A stretch of 64,000 nt of DNA from Amphiscolops sp. MND2022. Taxonomy: Eukaryota. Positions 23,101 through 35,100 of the stretch are shown here, piece by piece (position 1 is the first letter of the stretch; each line of letters begins with the position of its first letter). The notes beneath the pieces were generated by a model. The model searched no databases, was not told the DNA's origin, and saw nothing but the letters and a program-made list of their open reading frames with translations. The translations under genes were made by a program, and so were the position numbers. The DNA is taken from contig OZ076409.1 in NCBI GenBank assembly GCA_964187785.1, forward strand, positions 69,876,001 to 69,940,000. Direction: 5' to 3'.

Positions 23101-26100
23101 GGACCAATTCGGGCAAGCTGGACTCCGCCGTAGTTGTAACCCTGAGAGCCGACTCGAGGGAAGTCGAGCTAGAGGAATGCGCCTCACCTTGGCTGATTGG
23201 AACTGGGGTACTCGTCCGGATTCGGTTTGCGTTATCTAAACCTGCTGTCGTTGGTTCAGGGATTTGCTGGGTTTGAACCCCCGTGTTTTCGACTTGCTCC
23301 GTCCCAGAAATTGAGGATTTCTCCTTCAAACGTACAATGTTATCGGCGTACGCGTTGACATCTTCATCTCTACCATCTTCTTTTGAGGATGTCCGTCGGT
23401 CAAATTGAATTGATTCTCAGGCTCAAGGCCCATACTACCAATTTCGGTGCGGACTTGGACAAGGGTTGGATTTGGTGTCGAATGATTTTCTTATCTTGGA
23501 TTTTCTAAACAGAAAGAGATGAATTTTCGCGGTAAACTTCCTTGGAAAGAAACCATTAAGCCGCATTGAAAATATTCCGGAAGTGTTTGAAACGTGAATG
23601 AAACGTGCTACCACGTGTTAGATGATGGAAACAGGAAGCACCTTTTGAACAATTTAGCTCTGATCAAGTTAAACTAGTTCAAATTCTAAAATCCAAACCA
23701 ACCTGAGTCAGAAGACATTTTCCTGTCGAAGCGTTGTGTTTTGGGAAACAGTCCTTGATCGGCTTGGATAGTTGAGGAATAGGGCCGAACTCGGCTGGAG
23801 ATGAAGGAAAATTGGAGAGGATCCAATGGGGAAATAGCCACTAATGGAAGTAAAGGTGAGAGCAGCAGTATATCGTTATCAGAGATTCGGATGAGTGGAT
23901 AATACAAATATAACAATTGCAAGAGTGAAAGGAATTGGAATATGACAATAATCAAGAAGATTGAAAGTTGGAGTTCGTGGCTAAAAGATATTACCAGACT
24001 AATATTATACAATTATCTACATAATGTAAAATGTACATGGAGTCTGCCAGTGAAATGTACAGGAAGCGTTCATTATTTACAGTTTAATTAGTTAGTGGCC
24101 GAATATGGCCGTTTACCATATTCTGTTTTGCTGTTCCGTTCCGTTATCCCTGTTATAATAATGTAAAATGTACATGGAGTCTGCCAGTGAAATGTACAGG
24201 AAGCGTTCATTATTTACAGTCTAATTAGTTAGTGGCCGAATATGGCCGTTTACCATATTCTGTTATGCTGTTCCGTTCCGTTATCCCTGTTATCCTTAGT
24301 TAGAATTTTCGCCATTTTGGATTATTTTAGTTATTATTTTCGCCATTTTATTTATTCATTTTTCATTCTATCAATGGGTGTTTCTGATTGGCTGAGGCCA
24401 TTTTGAGAAGATTCGGTGACGCGTGCCATTAACTACTAGCAATCGACCCGTCAATTACCCACTTGAAATGACGTTATTTGTTGATAACAACTCAAAGGCT
24501 CTTCTCTTACCCACTTGAGAAATGATATTAGGGGGGCTTACCATCTACAATTCAAAGAAGCGATGCCGCTAAAAATTCCATTCAAGAAAAGTTCACGACG
24601 ACTCAGGACTTACCCTAAGAATTTACCGCCGAGTAGGAAACCCGGGAAAATATCCTAACTCGGCCTGTGACGGAATTTTGATAAATTCATTCTGTCTCAA
24701 ACTGTATCAATAACCAGTTGCCTTATCAGCTTCGGAAATTGCTAAAAAATACATAATGGAGAAACTCAATCTCAAGAAAGTTGTTCGATTTTGAAGCATA
24801 CGACTCCGATAATTCCGATAAATCAGTGATTTATATATCCAGCAGTGAGGACGAGTCTTCAGACTGGGAAACAGACTGCTCGACGGACACCGAGCAGCTG
24901 ATAGCCCGGATTGAAAGAGAAGTTTCCTCCAGCCCCATGCTAATCGGAGGCAGGATAATGACCATGGATGAACCCGAAGACGAGGCGAGAGCAGGGCCGA
25001 GTACATCTCAAGTGGAAGAAGGAGTGACACCGAAACTAGGCCATAAATATTTCGATACAGAAATGTGCTTTGCCCCACCAAGGAAATTTGAAAAGAAGCG
25101 CATAGAGCTCTGTAACACAATAATGCCCGTCCTAGAATCGCCTATGTCTCCCCCGGAGCACAAGAGGGGGCCAAGTATGGACACCCCCCTTGTCCAGCCG
25201 ATCTCGAGTAACTTTCATGCGTCCTACCATGTGCAAAATACAGTACCCTATCCATTAGAGTGCACAGGCAAGCCTTATTTGCTCAAAGCGCAACATAGTG
25301 CTTTCAATATCTCGGATTCCACGACCATACCTTTAACCGTGCAAAATTGGCAAATTACGTCATTTGTCCCGGATTCCACAAACAAGCATTCCACGGACAA
25401 GCAGCGAAATTTTCGTGTCCCGGATTCCACGAAAAGCAGCAAAAAGCTTGCCTGTGCACTGTAATGTCAAAATGTCAGTGAGGTACGCTATATATGGTTT
25501 GCGGCCGCTCAGTGGATACAATCAAGAACGAAAAGGTGAAATGGTATATGCAACGATCTACACCAAGAGATGAGCCTGAATACATCACAAGACTCAGGAA
25601 GGAGGCGTATGAAAACGGACTTAATGCTGGCTGTTTTCTTTCCATCACACCCGCAGTGTCGCAGGCTGCCGCCTGTGACAGTACGACAGTGACTACGTAA
25701 GCGAACGGACAGGAGTTCGTACCCGGAACACTACCCATCTATTGATCAGGCTAAACTTTAAACTTAGGACTTTCACGCCATTTTGTTGTTTAATACATAT
25801 TATGTTTGTTGATGTTGCTAGTTTTAATATATATACTTGCACTTGTAAAATTAGTCTGTTAAAAGTTACATTTGAAGATTCAAACAAAATAATTGTGATT
25901 TCAAAGATTGGAAGGCGCTTTGTAATTGTAAACGTAATCAGAATACGTGGCAATGTAGCTGTATAGCGTAAAGGAAACGAGTTCAAGTGAACGAAACTCT
26001 TATTCCGGAGACGTCACTTGAGCTCAGCATTTTAGCCAATCACGTCGCTTCTCTTTGCTATATTAGTACTGCTTTGATTATATAGTGGCCGAGTATAGCC

Positions 26101-29100
26101 AATCGACTCAATATATATATATTTCACCACACACTCTAGTCAAATGGCCGATTCCGGCCACCTCGATGAAGTGAGTTGTATACTCTTGTATTTAACCATA
26201 CTAATCGGAAATTGCTGTAAATGTACCCCTAATGATGAATGAAAGCTTCCATACCACTCAATGGACTCAATAGACCTAGTACTAATTTAAAGGCCAAATA
26301 AGGCTTTTGCCCTCCCTTATTATAGTGCTGGATTACTAAACCGGATTTGTCCATTTTCGGCCTTGTTAGAAAGTGTGCTACTTTGATAGTGCAGTATTAT
26401 TTTAAACAAGCTGAACATGTAATATTTGATTTTGTTCCGACCCATGTTAAATAATAGACGCGTGGTAACGCGTGTCACGGTGACATTCTAAAGAGATGCC
26501 TTTTACAATCCTTCAGTGAGTATTATTATTTGTTGACAAGATAAAGCTGATTATAATTTCATAAATACTATACTTGAAGGTGCGGTTTGTATACCTACCG
26601 AAATGTTTTTCATTTGATGTTGAGTTCTCAGAAATTATCTGAATGTCGGGAATTTAACCGATTGGGATTTCACTCAAATATGTGCTTTGAAGTGTTGAAT
26701 ACTTCACCAGTTGTAATGATGATGTTTATCTCGTGACCCGTTAAGGCCACGATCATGTGATGTTTTCTTAGTCAAAGAATCCGTGGAATGTGGCTGTCAC
26801 CTTTTGAGAGTATATATACCCGTGCTTCTAGAGGAAAAGTCATAATTTTCACATCTCTGCTTTGATAAAGATTGAATTGATATAACGATTCCCAGCTAGT
26901 TTTCCGGTTTAAATAATTAAACTATTTGACCCGGTCCTGTCTTGATGCCTGTAACTAGGAAACAAAAGAAAGCGAGGAAATCGAGAGGAATTGAGATGCT
27001 CTCAGATATAGAAAACTTAGACATCATGCTTGGTGAAAACCATTATAGCAGGAATGAAAGGGATGAGAGCGTCAATAGTAATCAAGCTAGGAGACCAAGA
27101 AGTGTCTCAGGAGATGAATTTGAAAACAATGGTGAAAACGATTATCTGGGGACAGCTAGCTTTGACCCCGGCCGGTACTAGTGCCAATCACGGCCAAAAT
27201 TCAACAGGGGGTAATTCAAGTACCGAGATCAACATGTAGTCAAGTGAGTTGAACTCAAGATTGTCTAGGGAACTAGATGATATGATGAGTAGTGTTAATA
27301 CCCAGATCCAGAGGGCAATCAGTGATGCGATTAGCGGTCAAATTTTACCGCAGATCCAATCCGTCCTAAATGCCGGATCGGGACAATCGACACTAAATAA
27401 ATGGAACGTTCCGTCCGAGAGACTGGAAATGAATTCCGAAGAGACTTACGGTGAGAAAGCCAAGAAACGCAATAGAAGTGAGCAGCCCTTTGATTACCAA
27501 AACGGTAGTCAACCTAATCTACGTGCTTACGACAAGCCTTGAATTTTGTCCCTCAAATTGAAGCCAGGTAATTTCGCAGTTGTAACCTGATTTAACCTAA
27601 AACTTATAAAATTTTTTATAGCTTGAAAGTATCAGAATCGCCTCATTGTGCTTGTTTTGCGGAGCTTTGGTGGGAGTGGAAGACATTTGTGTGGAACAAA
27701 CAAGCTAAACGCTTCTTCGGAATCGAACCCAGACAGTGGGCACGGATACTAATGGTCTTCATCTGGAGTATATGCATAACTTGCGCACTTTCTATCGCAG
27801 TCGCTGTTTGTTGGCCTCAGATAAGTAGTCCCCAAAAACGTGAGTGAAACTTCATTTAAACTGTTCATTCAAAAATTTATTTCCCATAAGATTGTCAATG
27901 ATAAACACATTTCAGTTTCAACACTGAGATACAAATAGAAATTGTTTTGAATAGTTTTAGTTCGAATTGAAAAGTTTGAAGGTATAATGAGATTTTATTT
28001 GTTCTTTTCTGCAAGACTATAGTGCACCAAATAAGGACACTAAATTCAGTTATTTCTTGGTTGCTTTTTAATTTTCAGAGAAACAAACCAAAATGTTGCC
28101 TGCGCATTCTCACTTGACAATTTTTGCGATGACGGCGCCTTCGGTCAATCATCGACAAACAGTTTTGAAACTCTTTAGATTCACTGTACACAAGTACAAT
28201 GCAATTAAAATGATGCATGATATGCAGTTTCGAGGATCATTCCATGAGACATGAAAAAGATTCAGTCAATGACCGATGCTCCATGAACATTGATCTGTAA
28301 AATCTGCAACTTTCGATGAAGCACATTTGTAACAAACCAATAGCTCATGACACTTGATTTAATCTTTCGTGTACTACATTTAAAAAACCACTGATCATGA
28401 GAAAAAATAGTACAAACCATTTTACTGTCTTGATTTTGTTCAAAAACGTTCACAAACACTTTTCTGTAAAGGCTTTTTCCGAGGATTAACACAGCAAAGT
28501 GGTAACAAAATGGAAACATCTCCAGCCTCAAATCCTGAAAATATAGGTTCGACGCAGATATTCCTCTTTTGGTCGGCCGGGTTGGCCCTACGTGCTAGTC
28601 GTAGTATGACCGCAACATAACGATCGCAGCACCATCTCGCTAAAATAATTAGCTGTGATCGCGCCACGATTCCTACCACAAATGACGTACGTGACGTCAC
28701 GTGAAAACGTAGTAAGATTGTATATCACGAAATGTGTCAGAGAGCTCAAATACAATGTCCGCAACGCTGGCTAAAAACGCAAAAGAATTATTACTTCACT
28801 TTCTAGCTTCAAAAGGTCGTGAAATGAATAAATTATGAAACAATTTACTACGCTTTGGTATTAACTGAAAGAACCTTACAAAACATGCATTCCGTAGTAA
28901 AATTCTTAGTACGAATCGTGGTATGAGGTCCATAATTGATACGATCTTACTACGATAGGCGTGATAGTTCTGTGAACGTTAATGTAATTTTTTTAAAAAG
29001 ACTTTTCGAACTTTTCATGAAAACGTTCTTCTGACTAAAAGACTTTAGACGCTCCCAACTTGTTAGATATTCAATTTTATTTTCAAAATTTCAAGAATTA

Positions 29101-32100
29101 CTGATAAATTCAAAACTTTGAGAACAGGGCCAAAATATCCATTTCATATGTGGTGCTTTTTCTTGTGACCAGTGGTGTTCACGATATTTTCACTTGAATT
29201 TTCTAAAATACCAAAAATCGTTTTGATACCAAGTGATATCATTTGTAGTTTTCAAATCATAAAAATTTGTCAAACTCTGAAAGACTTGTTGAGGTTCTTT
29301 GTCGAACGCACACCTAAGGAAGCTTTGCGATATCGAAATTAACTCTCTGTAGCTTTTTGACACCCCCAAGTTGCCAAGTAACATTTGGGAGTTTTGTGAA
29401 ACATATTTTTTTACAGGGAGAGGACGATGTAAGTAGCTAAATTTCTGCTTCAAGTTCACATACTTTCTAATCAGTGTTTCAAATGTTCTTGATTAATCAA
29501 CGACGTTTGTATAAGACTACTCATTGAAATTCAGATATTTGTACTCCGAAGAATCAGGTCGCTTTTTTGGGTACCAATTAACGCAACAGAAATCAAATTA
29601 TACCCTGGTTGGAACTTGAGCTTTTTATATGAATTGTACGTTACAAAGCTAAATTTCCATGAACTTATAGAATTCTCAAAGAAACCTCCATTAAAACTTC
29701 ATTGATTCGATTTAATTTTATCAAGCTGCATATAAGATGAATCCTAAATTTGGCGGCAAATCCGCGCCTCAAAACTTTGCAGGTTTCATTAAGACGCCAT
29801 TCTAACTTTGAAAGCAACCGAGACCTTCATCAGTTTTCCCGCGATGTAAATGCAAATAAATTTCAGTTACAAAATAAGTATCAAAAAAGCGTCATATTTA
29901 GCGCTTTGACTAACGGTGATTACATAAGGTACTTACTTGAGAAACATACGCGCGAAAACAAAGTGATAGCGGCAGCGAAGAAGTGGAATTGTTTTAAGTT
30001 TTATTTCAAACAGCGGAGGCTGCATTGTAGTCCTGCACAATGTTTCCATGCAGGTTCCGGGAAATTTCCAGTGTTTTTGTAAAAACAAATTAGCCTGCAG
30101 CGTGTAAAAAGTTCAAGCAATCTCGACTAGGGTAGCCAAATACTCTCGCTTTGTCGGAATAGAAACAGGGACCAGTACAAAATGAAAAGAGAATAGAAAC
30201 AAATGCAAGTTCGCTGGTAGTCTCATTCCTCTGCTTATATAACAGAAAACAAGCCGGAGACGGCATAAGTCGGTGCCGCGCTTAAGGCTCAAAAAGAGCA
30301 AAAGTACTTCAAATCCTCGAGGAATCTTGTTTGAAAAAATTCTCAACCTCATAGTGGCAAACAAAACCCAAAGGGGCCTTTGGACTTCAAAGTTTTTTTG
30401 CTTCTTCTATTACCATAAATAGAAAATACCGAAGGTTTTTCATGTTTTATCACCAAAATCCAAGAACCAAAGTTTTTCTGCTTTTTCCCCACCAGATACA
30501 TCAAGAAACTAATTCAAGGCCCCTTTTATGGAATAAAAATTTTCCCAGAAAAAGTAGGACGACACTTTGGGCTTAAAAGGGTTTTTCATAACTTTGGAAA
30601 AATTAAAAAAAATTCGAAGAAAACCAGGGTACCAAAATTAACTTAAATAACTTTTGTATTCAAATTTTGAAAAGCCATTATAAGTCACGTTTCATTTCAT
30701 AAAGCGCAGACTAAAATGTGGCCCATTCAGGGTGAATGAAAAAAAAACTTGCGATTGTATGAAAGTAGTTCATTTTGTTTCTTTTCTGTTTGCTCCAGAT
30801 CTGCCTGCAAACGCGGATGACTTCGTTCCAAGAGCCTTCAAGCATTTCCCCTCTTTCTACAACGCCAACATTCGAAACTTGGTCATTGACGTCAGAGCAA
30901 TCAGAGACAATGTAACAGGAGATGTCGCTACTGAAATTCGCGAAACCGTCCGACGAGAGTGAGATTTTTAAATAATTTTGATTAGATTTTAATTGAATTG
31001 TTTTTTTTTCAAATATTTTTTATTCTAACCAGCAAAAACCTTCCACGCTGTTTCCGCTATCTAAATTTCATTTTGGTTTGGGCAATTTGCGTCCCTTAAC
31101 ACCTCAACTCGGCAACTTGGGAGTTGTCTTGGGTTTCGCTGGATCATAGAAAAATTAAACAATGGTAGAAATTGAAACGGAAGGAAAATGACCACAAGCT
31201 GTAATTTCACTGGTTGGGAAAATATTAGCAATTAATCTGATTTGAAAAACTCGATTGTTTGTTTTGGCAGGGGTAAACCAATGTCGGAGCTAGGGATTAA
31301 TTGGATGGGCTCAAGCAATGGAAACGGATTCAGAGTATCGATGCCCCCATTTGGGCCATGCGCCAGTAAGTAGAACATTTCACTTTGTACGAACATCTAT
31401 GTTGCGCTTGCAAAAATGTTTTTATATTTTGCATAACTCAGGGTACAATAGTACAATATAGGCTGGTTTTTTGGCCCTTCATAAATTAAATAGTTTATAA
31501 TTAATTATAAATGGTTGAACGTGTTTAAAAAAACTCGATTCACTAGAAGGTGATCCAGCTCATATCTTGTCAAACCAAGGCAGAAGAATCATAATCGTGA
31601 TTGCAACTTACTAATCCCCTGAGTATTAAAATTGATATCCAGCATCGTTGAAAACGTAAGCCAGCCATCACTACATTTGTTTTTCGAGTAGAGGGAATAC
31701 AGTCCCTCTAAAAAGCATATAATGGACCAGACACTGTGCTTCTACAAGATGCTACCGATATCTGCAACACCATGAATCAAATTGTCGCCCTGGAAAACAT
31801 ATATCAGAAAACTGATCATCCTGATCACTTTTAAAAGGTCTTCGGAACGTCTGGGCGTTACCGAGATATCTATATGTTGACAGGAAAAGGTTGTTTCTAC
31901 AGAAAGAAACGCATAATGAACAGCTAGCGAAAGCAATTTCTGAAATAGATTTTCATGAAACCCCTAAAAGACAACGACTTTGTGCAAAAAAACGAAGCTG
32001 ACGATGGTTATGCCAACGGCAAGCACTCGGAGCTTCTTGAAGTTCACGAGAAAATTTTAACACGGTAGAGCGGTTTTCCGATGTCACATACGATTCTGGT

Positions 32101-35100
32101 GTCACATCATTGCAAATTTTGGCTTCATGAAAAAAAATTCAAGCAATTTTTTCAGAGATAGTCTATATAGACAGTTATCGGATTATCAGCATAGTCATTA
32201 GCAGTGTTTCAAAATGAGATGAATTTGAGAATGGAAACAATGGATCAGCAAACAAAGACGGCACAGAAGAGCTCTCTTAGTATGCGGAAATAACACCGCA
32301 AAAAAGTTAAAAGTTACATCCCCAATTGAAGCGGCCGGGCAGGCAGTTTTTCATGGTGCTTTCATGCATACAAGGCTATATATATATTCTACGGAACATG
32401 GAAAATTCCTNNNNNNNNNNNNNNNNNNNNNNNNNNNNNNNNNNNNNNNNNNNNNNNNNNNNNNNNNNNNNNNNNNNNNNNNNNNNNNNNNNNNNNNNNN
32501 NNNNNNNNNNNNNNNNNNNNNNNNNNNNNNNNNNNNNNNNNNNNNNNNNNNNNNNNNNNNNNNNNNNNNNNNNNNNNNNNNNNNNNNNNNNNNNNNNNNN
32601 NNNNNNNNNNTGACAAGATTGGTTCAAAGAGGCCCCAGCGAGTTTTGAAACCCTGATTGTCGTCTTTTAAACGCGTTAGAAACTGTTTGTCAGACTTGAA
32701 TACTTTGGGAGATATTGCGGTTTAAAGTTTAAGCACCAGATTTTTGGACGGATCCCGAAAATTAAACCTCCATTCCGGGTTAAATCAAACTTTGATTTTT
32801 TTTCTAAAATTTTAAAATTAAAAATTTGAATCAAAGATCTTTTTCTTCACCGTATCGATCATTTTTTGTTCTCACACTTTATTAATTTCTCAAGCACCTC
32901 TATTTTGTTATCATTGTTAGTCTATTAGCACTCTAACTACGCTACTATGAAACTTGACAGAAGTTTACTTGTTTCAAAATGGAGGCGCGAATAACGTCTA
33001 AAAATAACTTCTAAGATCCTATGTATAAAAGTAGGAAATGATCATGACTTGGTTTTAGACGTTATTCTCGTTTGCGGTAAAATTGATGAGGTCTCGGCTG
33101 CATCTGAAAATAGAACTGCTTTTATGAAATCTCCAAAACTTCGTGGCTCTGAATCCACGCCAAATTCAGGATCATTTTTCAGGATCTTGATAAAATTCAA
33201 TGGGAATAGTGAAATTTTAATGCATGGAAGCTTCTGCGACTTTTCTATGAGAGCATGAGAAATTTGCTTGGCAAACAACAAAAAATTGTAAAAATTCAAG
33301 AAGTGTTAATAAGGGAAAACAGAAGAAAGAACTACATAGTGGAGTAGCTTCTCTGCAATTAAACTCCAGAAATTGAACGTTTTTCGTGAACAGCCGAACT
33401 GTCTTTCTTTCAAGATTTTAAGGATTTTAAAACTTTTGACAACAGAACAATAAACCACTACGGCGGTCCATTACTTTATAAAGACTGACTAACAATTCTA
33501 GTGGCCGTTTCAATCATCTTTTTTAGACAACCGTCTCTCAACGGAAGTGAAAGCATATATGCTTTCACTTCCGTTGAGAGACGGTTGTCTAAAAAAGATG
33601 ATTGAAACGGCCACTAGAATTATTGGTCAGAGTCGCTCGGGCGGTTCAAAAAAACAATTGACAGCGAAATACTCAAAACCAAGTTACCATCGAGTTGCTT
33701 GAGAGAAAAGGAAAGAAAATTGCAAGATAAAAACCAGATAAAACGTCAATGAGAGACTGATGACAAAAATTTAATTTGGCCGATTGTCCATGAGAACCGT
33801 CCTTACCGTTCTTGCTAAAAACAGATCCTCGAAAGTAGTTTCCAAGAGGCCGAAACCCTCCACATTATGTGATAGAACATGGGGCACGGTAGAAAACTAC
33901 AGGGTCATTCGAAAATTATGTCTCAAAACTATCTTCAAATTGTGAGAAATTGGTCAAACTTACCAAGAATTTTTTTGTTTTTTATAGAAAGTTCAATAGA
34001 AAACCACTGGCACTTTTGAAAACTTTTTTTTCGGTCATGAACAAACTTATTCAATATTCGAAAGCGATTAAAGCTGTGTGAAGATCAGAATGGAGGTCAT
34101 TTCTAGCACCTCAATGTAGATTAACAAACTTTTTAGGCATCGAAAACAAAAGTTCCATATATTGTTGAAAATCTGTTACAAAGTAGTTACGTTCTAAATA
34201 GTAGTTTTTGAGATACTTGAAATTAATTTCTGAAAGACCCTGTAGAAGAGAGAAAGGCATCCCGCATATGGGGATTCAGCTTGTCAGGCGCTTGACAATG
34301 AGTAAAGAGAAATACATACAGATGAGGCATATTATAAGAAACTATGACACTTTTGCTTTCTTCTTGAAGAATGTCAGCTTTAATATTGAACTCCAACCGA
34401 AATTTTTGGCACTGATAAGGAGAGTTTTTCAGTTACAAAACAGCGGAAAACTTAATACGAGGCCGAATGAAGAAAGGTTAGTCCGTCGAAACTAACTGTT
34501 TGCAGTTTACTAGTTTAAACAAAATTTTGTCTGATTTGATGATTCCTACGTCCAAAAAATTCGGTCTTCATTGAGATAGGCCAGCACACGGCCATTATGA
34601 ATAAAAAAAGAAGAATATCAGCCGCGCATCATCGAATTGGAGAAAAATTCATCTCATCTTCTTATATTGCCGTCACCGGAGAAACAAAATCAGAGGCATT
34701 GAAACATACGGCAAGATTTCCATAAAACACGGAGAGGACGAAGGTTGCGACTTGTTCAAACGGGAAATCTACAGTTGGGATGGACTGTTGGGATCGGCCG
34801 TTGGGATTGACTGAATAACCCTCATTCAGCCTCTTCCTCAGTTTCCCGCTGTTTTTGTAATAGAAAAACTCCCCTTCCAAGGGTCAAAATTTTTGTATAT
34901 TCTCCACGGAAACTCTCTGAGTTGAAAATGAAGCTTGCGATTTGGAAAGAACAAAACTTGTTTTCGATCTAATAAAAACTATGAGTGTATGACCAGAGAG
35001 CTCATGCGCAGAAAAATAAAACTGACCCAACCGCGTTACCATACACTTAAGAGTTTCATATTTCAAGTACACACGGGGTCCCCCATGAAACTTTGAATGA

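Larger units (their letters stand above)
11444..27534 (+). mobile_element. Giant (16,091 bp) full-length Ty3/Gypsy LTR retrotransposon with extra genes; decayed copy
   Basis: Direct repeats 11444-13315 and 25657-27534 with TGTCG...CGACA termini; 5-bp TSD AGCCT at 11439-11443 and 27535-27539; TGG-initiated PBS at 13316; gag, then RT-RNase H-integrase order. Confidence 0.95.

Noticed and set aside
19413..23433. Treating the antisense gene as env or as an independent autonomous hAT insertion
   Set aside because: No signal peptide or TM anchor and wrong strand for env; no TIRs or 8-bp TSD found by eye and the catalytic residues look lost. Nested insertion is not fully excluded.
32326..32648. ORF-track entries full of X
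   Set aside because: Artefacts of the 200-N gap.
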